From NCBI GenBank assembly GCA_963710755.1, contig CAVQBK010000006.1, positions 32,001-96,000 of the forward strand: a stretch of DNA of 64,000 nucleotides, given 5' to 3'. The notes beneath the pieces are model-generated. The model had not been told where the DNA came from. It saw nothing but the letters and a program-made list of their open reading frames with translations, and did not search any database. Below, in pieces: positions 52,149 through 61,027 of this stretch. This DNA is from an uncultured bacterium (GTDB lineage Bacteria > Oederibacteriota > JAAXVQ01 > JAUVAV01). Numbering within the stretch: the first letter of the stretch is position 1; each line of letters starts with the position of its first letter. The position numbers and the translations under genes were made by a program.

Positions 52149-52991
52149 CTATTCAAACTCCAGATGCAGCGCGAGCCAGGGCACGCTATGGGTAATAGCG
52201 CCCACGCTGATGCGATCCACGCCCAAGCGGGCATAAGCTTTCAATTTGGCCAGGGTTACGCCGCCGGAAATTTCGGTTTGGGCCTTGCGGCCGATGATGG
52301 TCAGCGCCTGCCGGAGCCTGGGCACGGAAAAATTATCGAGCAAAATAATATCCGCCTTATTGGCCAGGGCTTCTTTAACTTCCGCCAAGGTCTCCACTTC
52401 CACTTCAATGGGTCTTTGTTTACGGCCTGGTCGTCGCATCGCGGTAATAGCCGCGGTGATGGAGCCGGCCATTTTGATATGATTGTCCTTGATCAAAATG
52501 CCGTCAAACAACCCCAGGCGATGATTGGTGCCCCCGCCGGCCCGAACGGCATATTTTACCAATGCCCGTAAGCCGGGAATGGTTTTGCGCGTATCAAAAA
52601 TGCGGGTGCCCGTGGATTTTACCACCTCCACATAACGGGACGTTTCCGTGGCAATACCGGAGAGCATGCCCAGGAAATTAAGGGCCGTGCGCTCACCGGT
52701 CAGAAGAGCTTGAGCTGGTCCACTAAGCGTGCATAGGGCATCTCCTTTTTTCAGCACATCCCCGTCCTGATGATGCCAGGCAATCTTCACCTGTTGGTTT
52801 AATTGGCGGTAAACTTCATTGACCAGCGCACGCCCGGCCAGCACGCCCGGTGCCTGGGCGTAAATTTTGCCCTTTATTTTCGCGGCCTTGGGCGCAAGCC
52901 CCAGACTGGTAATATCACCGGCCCCCACATCTTCGGCCAGGGCCCGCCGGACCGCTTCTTGGACCATTGCTTGCTTAATGCTTGATGCCAT
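52149..52991 (-). CDS. nadC: Quinolinate phosphoribosyltransferase
   Basis: GERTALN, DTRKTIPG, LIKDNH, LLDN, ISVGAITHS. Confidence 0.96.
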   Translation of the reverse strand: MASSIKQAMVQEAVRRALAEDVGAGDITSLGLAPKAAKIKGKIYAQAPGVLAGRALVNEVYRQLNQQVKIAWHHQDGDVLKKGDALCTLSGPAQALLTGERTALNFLGMLSGIATETSRYVEVVKSTGTRIFDTRKTIPGLRALVKYAVRAGGGTNHRLGLFDGILIKDNHIKMAGSITAAITAMRRPGRKQRPIEVEVETLAEVKEALANKADIILLDNFSVPRLRQALTIIGRKAQTEISGGVTLAKLKAYARLGVDRISVGAITHSVPWLALHLEFE

Positions 52992-53023
52992 CTTAACTCC
53001 TTTTACTTTCTTCCTGCCGGTCA

Positions 53024-55675
53024 TCACCCTAATTTTTCCAGATTGGCAGTAAGCTGGGTAATTTTTTGCTGATAATCCTGTTGTTTGTTCTTCTCATTAT
53101 CAATCACCTGCGCCGGCGCACGGGATACAAACTTCTCATTGGCCAGTTTGGTATTGATGTTGTTTAATAATTGCTGCAGTTGGCTGATCTCTTTACCGAG
53201 CCGGGCGCGCTCCTTGTCCAGGTCAATCAATCCGGCCAGAGGCACAAAAAGCTCCGCCTCCTCCGTTACGGCTACGGCTGATAAGGTCGGTTTTTCATGA
53301 GTGCTGTCGATGACCAGGCTCTCCAGCTTGGCCAATGCCCTGATGATGGCCTGCTGCTCATCATCAAAGGCCAGCGTCGTATTGAGCGGCCGAATAATGA
53401 GCTCCACTTTTTTTCCGGGCGCCACGTTCATCTCTCCCCGGATATTGCGCACGGCATAAATCACCGCCATGACGCGCTTCATCTGCTCTTCCACCTGAGG
53501 CTTACGCCGGTCGGCCACCATCACAGGCCATGCCGCCTGCATGATCGTTCCCTGGGTGCCGGGCAGATGGGACCAAAGTTCTTCGCTGATAAAAGGCATG
53601 AAAGGATGAATCAAACGCAGCATCTCGGCCAAGGTGGCCAGCAGCCAATATTGGGTGGCTTGCTTGGTCTCCGGGGTTTTGAACAATTTAACCTTGACCA
53701 TTTCCAGATACCAGTCACAGAACTCATGCCAAACAAAATCGTAAATGGCCTGGGCTGCTTCAGCAAAACGGTACTGGGCCAGGGCCTGATTAACGTTGTT
53801 CACGGCTTGGTCAAGCCGTGACTGGATCCACTGCTCCAGGAAGGTTTGCGCCGGCACGGTAGGGCCGGGACGGTACTCTTCCAGGTTCATCAAGGCAAAG
53901 CGCGAGGCATTCCATATTTTGTTTACAAAATTACGGCACGACTCCAGCCGGTCCGGGGTAAAGGCCACATAGCGGCTTTGGGTTTCTATCATGGCCATGG
54001 TAAAGCGCAGGCCGTCGGCACTGGTATGACCAATCAGGTCCAGGGGATCCACGGTGTTGCCCTTGGACTTGCTCATTTTCTTGCCTTCTTCATCACCTAC
54101 CAAAGAGTTAATGCACACTTCATGAAAAGGCACTTGTCCCATGAATTTCAAACCCATCATGGTCATGCGCGCCACCCAGAAGAAGATAATATCCCACGAG
54201 GTCACCAGCACGCTGGTGGGATAATAGGCCTTCAGGTCTTCGGTCTGGGCCGGCCAGCCCAAGGTGCTGAAAGGCCAGAGACCGCTGGAAAACCAGGTAT
54301 CGAGCACATCGGTCTCCTGCTTCAGATCCTTGCTGCCGCAGGCACACGCCGTGGGGGCTTCCTTGGCCACGATCAGTTCACCGCAGCTTTCGCAGGTCCA
54401 GGCCGGGATGCGATGGCCCCACCAGATCTGGCGGGAGATGCACCAGTCACGGATATTTTCCAGCCATTCCAAATAGTGTTTGGCCCAGTGGCTGGGCGTG
54501 AAGCGGATCTTGCCTTCCTGCACCGCCTTGATGGCCGGTTCCGCCAAGGGCTGCATTTTGACAAACCATTGCCTGGATAAGTAGGGCTCCACCACGGTAT
54601 GGCAGCGGTAACAATGGCCCACCGCGTGTTCATGTTCATCGACTTTGATGAGCAAGCCCTGGGCTTCCAGATCCGCCACCACTTTTTTCCGGCATTCAAA
54701 ACGGTCCATGCCCTGATAAGGCCCGGCGGCTTCGCTCATGGTGGCGTCGGGATTCATCACATTGATACGTTCCAGGTTATGGCGCTGCCCCACCAGAAAA
54801 TCATTGGGATCATGAGCCGGTGTGATCTTGACCGCACCGGATCCAAAAGATCGGTCCACATAGGTATCGGCAATAATGGGAATGGCGCGGTTCATGAGCG
54901 GCAGGATGACCTTTTTACCAATCAGAGGCTGATAGCGCTCATCGTCGGGATGGACCGCCACGGCTGTATCGCCCAGCATGGTTTCAGGCCTGGTGGTGGC
55001 CACGATGATGTCGCCGCTGCCGTCTTCCAGGGGATAACGGATATGCCAGAAATGACCCTGCACATCCTGGTGCTCACTTTCGATATCCGAAAGCGCGGTC
55101 TGACAGCGGGGGCACCAATTGATAATATAATCGCCGCGGTAAATCAGGCCTTCCTGATAAAGGCGGACAAACACTTCCTTGACGGCCTCACTGAGGCCTG
55201 CGTCCATGGTAAAGCGCTCCCGGGTCCAGTCGCAGGAGGCGCCCAGGCGGCGCAATTGCTTCATTATAGTGCCGCCGTACTGCTCTTTCCAGGACCAGAC
55301 TCTTTCTATAAAAGCTTCCCGGCCCAGATCGTAGCGGCTCTTGCCCTCTTTTTTCAATTCCCGCTCCACCACATTTTGCGTGGCAATACCGGCATGGTCA
55401 CAGCCCGGCACCCATAGCACGTCAAAGCCCTGCATACGTTTTTGACGGGATAGAATGTCCTGCAAAGTGTTATTCAGGGCATGGCCGATGTGCAGCGAGC
55501 CGGTCACATTGGGCGGTGGAATGACAATGGAAAAACGGGGTTTATCCGATTCCGGATGAGCCGTAAAATAACCGGACTGCTCCCAATGCTCATACCACTT
55601 CCCCTCAATTTCCTGGGGATCGTATTTGGTGGACAGGGTGGTCCTGTCTTCCGAACTAAGGTCTTCTGTAGCCAT
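53024..55675 (-). CDS. valS: Valine--tRNA ligase
   Basis: [25 protein letters not shown]-terminal coiled coil. Confidence 0.98.
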   Translation of the reverse strand: MATEDLSSEDRTTLSTKYDPQEIEGKWYEHWEQSGYFTAHPESDKPRFSIVIPPPNVTGSLHIGHALNNTLQDILSRQKRMQGFDVLWVPGCDHAGIATQNVVERELKKEGKSRYDLGREAFIERVWSWKEQYGGTIMKQLRRLGASCDWTRERFTMDAGLSEAVKEVFVRLYQEGLIYRGDYIINWCPRCQTALSDIESEHQDVQGHFWHIRYPLEDGSGDIIVATTRPETMLGDTAVAVHPDDERYQPLIGKKVILPLMNRAIPIIADTYVDRSFGSGAVKITPAHDPNDFLVGQRHNLERINVMNPDATMSEAAGPYQGMDRFECRKKVVADLEAQGLLIKVDEHEHAVGHCYRCHTVVEPYLSRQWFVKMQPLAEPAIKAVQEGKIRFTPSHWAKHYLEWLENIRDWCISRQIWWGHRIPAWTCESCGELIVAKEAPTACACGSKDLKQETDVLDTWFSSGLWPFSTLGWPAQTEDLKAYYPTSVLVTSWDIIFFWVARMTMMGLKFMGQVPFHEVCINSLVGDEEGKKMSKSKGNTVDPLDLIGHTSADGLRFTMAMIETQSRYVAFTPDRLESCRNFVNKIWNASRFALMNLEEYRPGPTVPAQTFLEQWIQSRLDQAVNNVNQALAQYRFAEAAQAIYDFVWHEFCDWYLEMVKVKLFKTPETKQATQYWLLATLAEMLRLIHPFMPFISEELWSHLPGTQGTIMQAAWPVMVADRRKPQVEEQMKRVMAVIYAVRNIRGEMNVAPGKKVELIIRPLNTTLAFDDEQQAIIRALAKLESLVIDSTHEKPTLSAVAVTEEAELFVPLAGLIDLDKERARLGKEISQLQQLLNNINTKLANEKFVSRAPAQVIDNEKNKQQDYQQKITQLTANLEKLG

Positions 55676-55826
55676 AACTTCCCTTTCCCATGAATCTAAA
55701 TAGGTTAAATAGGCTAAATAATATGCGACATATATACCACGGCAGGCCTTTGGCTGCAATAATGAATTGGTAGGAGGACAATGGGGGTACAGGGTGATGA
55801 CGGCTGGTTAACCAGGACTTTTCCGG

Positions 55827-55864
55827 TTGTCGCAGGGGCGAAAGATCATTAGCCCCTGCGACAA
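55827..55864. repeat. REP-like palindrome at left island edge
   Basis: TTGTCGCAGGGGC-GAAAGATCATTA-GCCCCTGCGACAA, 13-bp perfect stem. Confidence 0.55.
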
Positions 55865-55961
55865 ATGCAGGATGATTTCGGCAAGGTGCAGCTAGTAGTG
55901 ACAACTAAAAGTTTTTATAAAGAGAACTTGGCACCAAGCCTTGTAACTAAAGTGAACCCAA

Positions 55962-56318
55962 TTAGAAAGACAGGGTTATCTGAGCATCCTGAATTTCGCT
56001 CATATAGGTGGTCGCGCCTACCAATTCCACACCTTCTCTTAAATCCTCTTTTTTTATACCCTTCACTTCCAAAGCTAATTCGCACAAATATATTTTTCCC
56101 TTCAAATCCAGGACTGCTTGATACAATTCCAGAATATCGGGCATGCCTTTGACATCTATTTTCTCAAGTGCCCCTTTCTTCAAGCTTTCCGATGCGGAAA
56201 CACTGAAAAACAAGATCACGTCGTTCCCCAAAGCCGCTGCCGAAGAACCTAAAATCAAGGTTGCATAAAGACTCTTCGACTCTGTACTGTTACACACTAT
56301 GGTGGTTTTTGTAGCCAT
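55962..56318 (-). CDS. DsrE/DsrF-like family protein
   Basis: TLILGSSAAALGNDVILFF, KIYLCE, VGATTY pattern; AAGGAG RBS. Confidence 0.75.
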   Translation of the reverse strand: MATKTTIVCNSTESKSLYATLILGSSAAALGNDVILFFSVSASESLKKGALEKIDVKGMPDILELYQAVLDLKGKIYLCELALEVKGIKKEDLREGVELVGATTYMSEIQDAQITLSF

Positions 56319-56624
56319 ACAGCTCCTTCCTTAATCTTTTTATCGACAAGTCATCCGCTATGAGTATCGTCAGGTTGGCTTTCCACCCCAAGTAGCATTG
56401 TGATTGAGATTCATGACGCACGCTCTTCGCCCCTGCCTTATCGGCATTACCTGATTATCCTGGATTATTTCGCTTTGTGGCACAATTTTTGGTCGCCCGA
56501 GTCACTATTGACACCTTTGGCCATTTCAGACCTTGCTTAATATCCAAGAATCATTTCCCAATTATTTAATTATTATCGGATGGCTTTTATAGGGATTGAA
56601 TGAGATGAATATTTTGATGATTTT

Positions 56625-56649
56625 CGGGTACCCATAAAGGGCACCCTAC
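56625..56649 (-). repeat. REP-like element
   Basis: Minus strand GTAGGGTGCCCTTTATGGGTACCCG: GTAG plus imperfect palindrome. Confidence 0.5.
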
Positions 56650-56679
56650 CGTGGAAGGATAGTTGATGCGTCCATTTTT

Positions 56680-56769
56680 TCAGGGGAACTCTACTCCGGC
56701 CCCCATCACCATACTAATGGCGGTCTGTTCATTTTTAGCCGCGATCAAAACAGTTACACGCACGGCCAT
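56680..56769 (-). pseudogene. 5' fragment of a GT2-like glycosyltransferase
   Basis: MAVRVTVLIAAKNEQTAISMV resembles a GT2 N-terminus; ends after 29 codons. Confidence 0.45.
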
Positions 56770-56914
56770 CCTCTTTCATGGAATGGCGTTTCGGGAAAAT
56801 GATCGTCGCAAAACCAGCCTTGCAGGCGGCATGGTCTTTAACAACAATGGTGGATATTAAAATAACGGGTTTAATTTTCCAAGGTGAAAGATGAATCACC
56901 TTTTCCCCGCACTG

Positions 56915-57223
56915 TTAACAACAGTTCGGATTTCGGCGGCCGGCCCCGTTTTTTTTCTTCGACGAGCAGCCGCACGTCGGCGCAGTACCCTTTAACGCCC
57001 CCTGGATCATTGCAGCCGCGCAGCCTACGCCGGTGGCCACTTGAATGGCGTCTGCGGGGCAATTACGCTGGCAGGCGCCGCATTCCATGCAACGCTGAAG
57101 GGCCTGGATGCCGGCCTTGTGTCCCATCATGGTAAAAACCGCATGTGGACAAACATCCACGCACATGCCGCATCCCGTGCATTTTTCCTTGTCCAGCCTC
57201 AAAGTCCCGCTTTGATAGGTCAT
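56915..57223 (-). CDS. hgcB: Mercury methylation ferredoxin HgcB
   Basis: CTGCGMCVDVC and CMECGACQRNC, GVGCAAA, terminal CC; TAATG overlap with hgcA. Confidence 0.93.
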   Translation of the reverse strand: MTYQSGTLRLDKEKCTGCGMCVDVCPHAVFTMMGHKAGIQALQRCMECGACQRNCPADAIQVATGVGCAAAMIQGALKGTAPTCGCSSKKKNGAGRRNPNCC

Positions 57224-58185
57224 TAAAAAAACCTCCCCACGCCAACATAAATCCAGAGCGCCACCGCCAACCCGGCAACGCTGATGATGACCGGCAGCAT
57301 CCTGGACATCTCTTTTTTCACGCCATTGACCGAGGTATAGGTGGTGGAACCGGTAAAATTTAAAGCCAGATAGGCCGAAACAGCAACAACTGACAGGGCC
57401 AGAGCCGCCCAGATCATCGCCGGCAAGGAAACCAGCATGACAGCCGCCAATAAGGCGAGGAAGGCCCAAACCATGCCCTTGATGGACAGCCATTTCCCAG
57501 GCAGCCAATCGTGGCAAATCGGAACCATGACAGGTGTTGACAATCCAATGGTGAAAAATACCATTCCTGCCCGTACCCCTGCAGCCAAGCTGATGCCAAC
57601 GGCTATGCCTAGCAAAGGAAAAAGTGAGGGAATAAGCTCCATAGGAATGACCGTCATTCTTTCGGGCAGCCGGAAGGTTACCCGCCTCATTTCCGGGGTG
57701 GCCTTTCCGGTATCAAGGAAAGCGGGTAAATCAGCCGCACGCACCGGGCCGTAAACCACCGTGAACCCCGTCTTTTTTCTGACCAAATGTGCCGCCACGC
57801 CCGGCGCGCCAAGCTGGGGAACGATCAACCGGCGGTGATTCACAAAGGTCTTCAGCCCATGCCGGGAAACCCGCTTGGCCAATTCGTCGGTTCCAAAGGT
57901 TCCTTTACCCGCAGCACACCAAACATTGATGCCTTTGGTATCTATCACCAATATCCAGGCGTCGCGGCCCGTCAAAACCGACCGCAATTTATCGAAGCTC
58001 ATCCTGTAATTTGCTGAAACCAGCACCGGCGATTGCGCCCCCGGATTTCCCACCCGGTACATACCCGGCGTGACCATGGCATGCATCCGCCCAATGCCCC
58101 AGCGGTAACCCCAATGCCGCAGCCGGTCACGCCATGTCAACATGGTGCCTATTTTATCATTATCGATTGTATGGGATATTTCCAT
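57223..58185 (-). CDS. hgcA: Mercury methylation corrinoid protein HgcA
   Basis: Cap-helix GINVWCAAGKGTFG, ANYRMSFD, PQLGAPG, C-terminal TM helices with NFTGSTTYTS. Confidence 0.95.
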   Translation of the reverse strand: MEISHTIDNDKIGTMLTWRDRLRHWGYRWGIGRMHAMVTPGMYRVGNPGAQSPVLVSANYRMSFDKLRSVLTGRDAWILVIDTKGINVWCAAGKGTFGTDELAKRVSRHGLKTFVNHRRLIVPQLGAPGVAAHLVRKKTGFTVVYGPVRAADLPAFLDTGKATPEMRRVTFRLPERMTVIPMELIPSLFPLLGIAVGISLAAGVRAGMVFFTIGLSTPVMVPICHDWLPGKWLSIKGMVWAFLALLAAVMLVSLPAMIWAALALSVVAVSAYLALNFTGSTTYTSVNGVKKEMSRMLPVIISVAGLAVALWIYVGVGRFF

Positions 58186-58280
58186 TTTAAGCCGCTCCTG
58201 ATCCCTTTTACGCCCTCATTCATGGCTTGCCGTGATTTACAATCCGGTGCTATGCTCTCTAAATACGCAGATTGGTCTTT

Positions 58281-58607
58281 TCATACACCCAAGTCGGTTA
58301 ACTGCGCTCTTGGTTTCTTCTTTATCCGGCAACATCCCATTACGATTCTTATGGCCTTTACGTTGACCAGTGCATCCGTCACTTTTTTATGGCCCGAGGT
58401 TATGATGCGCGAAATGGTAGACTGGTGAATTTTCATTTTCCTCGCGATCTGCGCTTGTTCCAGACCTTCCAGGTGGGCAAGCCGCAGGGCTTCAAACTCA
58501 TCCAAGGTTAAAATGACCCCTTCCATCTCATCAAGGGATTTACAATTCGGCCGGAAACAACGCTCTTCCGGCTGGCAGGCTACCCAACGCATTTACTTTG
58601 GCCGCAT
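58281..58607 (-). CDS. DUF134 HTH protein with TAA at codon 5 (possible restart at ATG 58592)
   Basis: LTLDEFEALRL..LEQ..IA..M.IHQSTISR..KKVTDALV; reads ATG CGG CCA AAG TAA ATG CGT TGG. Confidence 0.8.
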
Positions 58608-58622
58608 CTTTGCTCCGTTTTT

Positions 58623-58663
58623 TGCATATATATGCATTATCTCGCGGGCATAAAAGTTGTCAA
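58623..58663 (-). promoter_or_regulatory. Promoter with overlapping palindromic operator upstream of DUF134-hgcAB
   Basis: TTGACA-16 bp-GATAAT; perfect palindrome TGCATATATATGCA at 58623-58636. Confidence 0.65.
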
Positions 58664-58714
58664 GAAAATCGAAATATTCCTGCAACCATATCACTGGTTT
58701 TCGTTGTAGGATAT

Positions 58715-58996
58715 TCAGGGACGTAGTTTGATAATTAGATATTGCTTTTCTCAGTGTTTCCGGGACGGCGTCAAATTGTCAAGTTAAGCTGATTTTGTTT
58801 TACATAATTTTCTCCCAGCCGTACCGCAGTGCCGGCTCCTTGCTTGCTAATTTCCAAATATCCGCCAAGTTCTGCACAACTAAATCCGAGTTCTCTGTCT
58901 GATAAAGGCAGCCTAACAACTGCCCTAGCTACAGGCGGGTGTCAGGTGAATACCGTTTCTGTACATATAATAGTTATTAAATTATAGGTGTCCCCC
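58715..58996 (-). mobile_element. RAYT-like transposase relic 1 (C-terminal HTH remnant 58771-58929)
   Basis: RELGFSCAELGGYLEISKQGAGTAVRLGE then stop and CGTCCC; GGGAC/GTCCCC ends. Confidence 0.6.
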
Positions 58997-59091
58997 TATT
59001 CCCAGACTTTTTCTTTTTTCATTTCACTTTTTTACAAAAAAAGGACATGCCTATAGTTTCAAGTTAGACATGTCCCCTAATCTTTTCTCAC

Positions 59092-59274
59092 AGCAGCTGC
59101 ACCCACTGCGGCAGCTGCGGCACGGTCTGCCCCATGAGCCTGAATGTCCGCCGGGCCCTTGAACAAGGACGATTGGAAAAGGAGTCCGAGTGCATCCTCT
59201 GCGGCAATTGTGCGGACCATTGCCCTCAGGCTGCCATCCGCTTCCGTTTCGGCGCGGGCCGGTTGGAGGGATGA
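59092..59274 (+). pseudogene. 3' fragment of a 2x[4Fe-4S] protein
   Basis: CTHCGSCGTVCPM...ECILCGNCADHCP..AIRF; no in-frame start. Confidence 0.75.
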
Positions 59275-59277
59275 ATC

Positions 59278-59463
59278 TCAGGGGACGTTGGTGCTTAGCG
59301 CGCATTAGCTCGTTACACTTTCTAATCGTGATAAAACCCGATTAATACCGGAGGTGCGTACTCCAAGGTAACTAGCTATTTCCGCCCCCGATGATCCTAA
59401 TTCTTTTTGCCCCCGAGTGGCTACTCTGGCGCGGACTTCACTTACAGGTCCACGTCTACTCCC
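59278..59463 (-). mobile_element. RAYT-like transposase relic 2 (C-terminal HTH remnant 59305-59463)
   Basis: GSRRGPVSEVRARVA...ELGSSGAEIASYLGVRTSGINRVL then stop and AAGCACCAACGTCCCC. Confidence 0.65.
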
Positions 59464-59564
59464 TAGCTAATTGGGACGCCTGGAGCCTCCCGGTTTTGCT
59501 TTACTTCTTCCTCTATCCGGAATATTTCACCTACTCTTTTCGAGTAAAGCGGTGGCTGGCGCCG

Positions 59565-59714
59565 ATCTCTCAGGAAAAGCTGGCAGAATTGGCAGGTGTT
59601 CATAGGAATTATATTGGCCTAATCGAGAGAGCCGAATTAGATCCTGCTATATCTTATATAGATAAAATCGCCAAAGCATTGAAAATCAAAATTAGTGATT
59701 TAATGGAAAGGTAG
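59565..59714 (+). pseudogene. N-terminally truncated XRE-family HTH regulator
   Basis: SQEKLAELAGVHRNYIGLIERAE..IDKIAKAL; first helix missing. Confidence 0.7.
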
Positions 59715-59885
59715 ATATTTAACTAACTCTTCTCAGGGGAAAATTTCTTAAATCATCAAAAAGTAATTAAGTAAGCCCGTCCCCTTTGACGTCAATTGGA
59801 GTTTTTGCTGGAAGGCGATATCGCCTTGACCTCGCCTGCCAACAGCGGCTTGTCAGGCGGGCTGATGATTTATTTTTAAAAACTC

Positions 59886-60239
59886 GATTTCCGGGGATAC
59901 CTACCAAAATGACACTATCTTGTGAGCTTATATTCTAACTTAAAAATCGACCCTCTATCAGGCCTATGTTGTTAACACCAACGTTTTGGCTGGGGTCCTG
60001 TTTTCTTTCGGTTTATTTTTACGGTTATCTTTAGTTCAATATTTTTATAAATTCCCGGGCTCCCAAAGAACAGCCTGTTTTTTCATGACTCCCAATGATT
60101 CCTGGCATTTTTTTTAACCTGTCCTTATAAAAACCTTGATATTTATTCAGACCGATTAATCAGGATTTTCATTCACTTTAGTCTCTAAAAATCTCAGGTT
60201 TAAAAAACACCTTCATTTAGGCAGGTGTCCCCGGAATTC
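59886..60239. mobile_element. Non-autonomous ~355-bp element, copy 1
   Basis: 27-bp imperfect terminal inverted repeats; close copy at 60651-61006. Confidence 0.8.
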
Positions 60240-60256
60240 ATTGGATTTAACGCGGC

Positions 60257-60562
60257 TCATTTTCCGGTTCTTTTGCTGAGTATAAACTTCTGAGAAGGGC
60301 TTAATGCCTTATCCTTCCGGTGAGCGCAGCCAAACCAACAGCAAGGGCGGCGCATCCCTTCCTTAAGTTCCGAGACCACCCTGTCAACATGCTCCCGCCT
60401 CTTCTCCGGGGTTTTAACGGAGATGGTCCAACAAATCCACTCGTTGCGGGAAAGCGGCGTGAGATCTTCCCAAACCGCCAGCGCTTTAGGATCAGACGAC
60501 AATGCTTTACGCAAGTCAGCCGGCAGCTCATGCACGACGCCACTGGATATTTTTCTACTCAT
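60257..60562 (-). CDS. YdeI/OmpD-associated family protein
   Basis: LPADLRKAL..WEDLTPLSRNEWICW..K..E.R; GAGG RBS. Confidence 0.8.
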   Translation of the reverse strand: MSRKISSGVVHELPADLRKALSSDPKALAVWEDLTPLSRNEWICWTISVKTPEKRREHVDRVVSELKEGMRRPCCWFGCAHRKDKALSPSQKFILSKRTGK

Positions 60563-60650
60563 AAATTTATTTTACCTCAATGGATGGAAATTTACTTTTT
60601 CATAAAAAGTGTAGCACCGGCTTTTTCCAGCCGTCAACCGCTGATTTCGG

Positions 60651-61006
60651 GATTTCCGGGGACAGCTACCTAAATGACACTATCTTGTGAGCTTTTATTC
60701 TAAATTGATAAATCGACCCTCTATCAGGCCTATGTTGTTAACACCAACGTTTTGGCTGGGGTCCTGTTTTCTTTCGGTTTATTTTTACGGTTATCTTTAG
60801 TTCAATATTTTTCTATAAATTCCCGATCTCCCAAAGGACGACCTGTTTTTTCATGACTCCCAATGATTCATGGCATTTTTTTAACCTGTCCTTAGGAAAA
60901 CGTTGATATTTATTCAGACAGATTAATTAGGACTTTCATTTACTTTAGTCTCTAAAAATCTCAGGTTTACAAAACACCTTCATTTAGGTAGGTGTCCCCG
61001 GAATTC
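60651..61006. mobile_element. Non-autonomous ~355-bp element, copy 2
   Basis: Same TIRs; minus strand encodes HEKTGRPLGDREFIEK, a RAYT-like C-terminal remnant. Confidence 0.8.
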
Positions 61007-61027
61007 CCGGAATTAGCCTGCTTTCTA

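Noticed and set aside
53846-55417. Long plus-strand ORFs opposite valS (and similar ones elsewhere)
   Set aside because: Antisense shadows of conserved GC-rich genes, with no motifs of their own
55676-55960. T-box leader upstream of valS
   Set aside because: No T-box consensus or specifier stem was recognisable; only a short TAAATAGG iteration and a REP-like hairpin
57223-58185. Ordinary CdhD/CdhE corrinoid subunit
   Set aside because: The Cys-containing cap helix, TM domain and coupled HgcB-type ferredoxin indicate HgcA
59051-59305. 84-aa minus-strand ORF
   Set aside because: Antisense shadow of the ferredoxin fragment
59391-59714. 107-aa ORF as an intact regulator
   Set aside because: Its 5' half is the antisense of transposase relic 2; only the last ~50 codons are HTH-like
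58715-61014. Classical integron array
   Set aside because: No intI and no RYYYAAC...GTTRRRY attC structures; the boundaries are GGGGAC/GTCCCC instead
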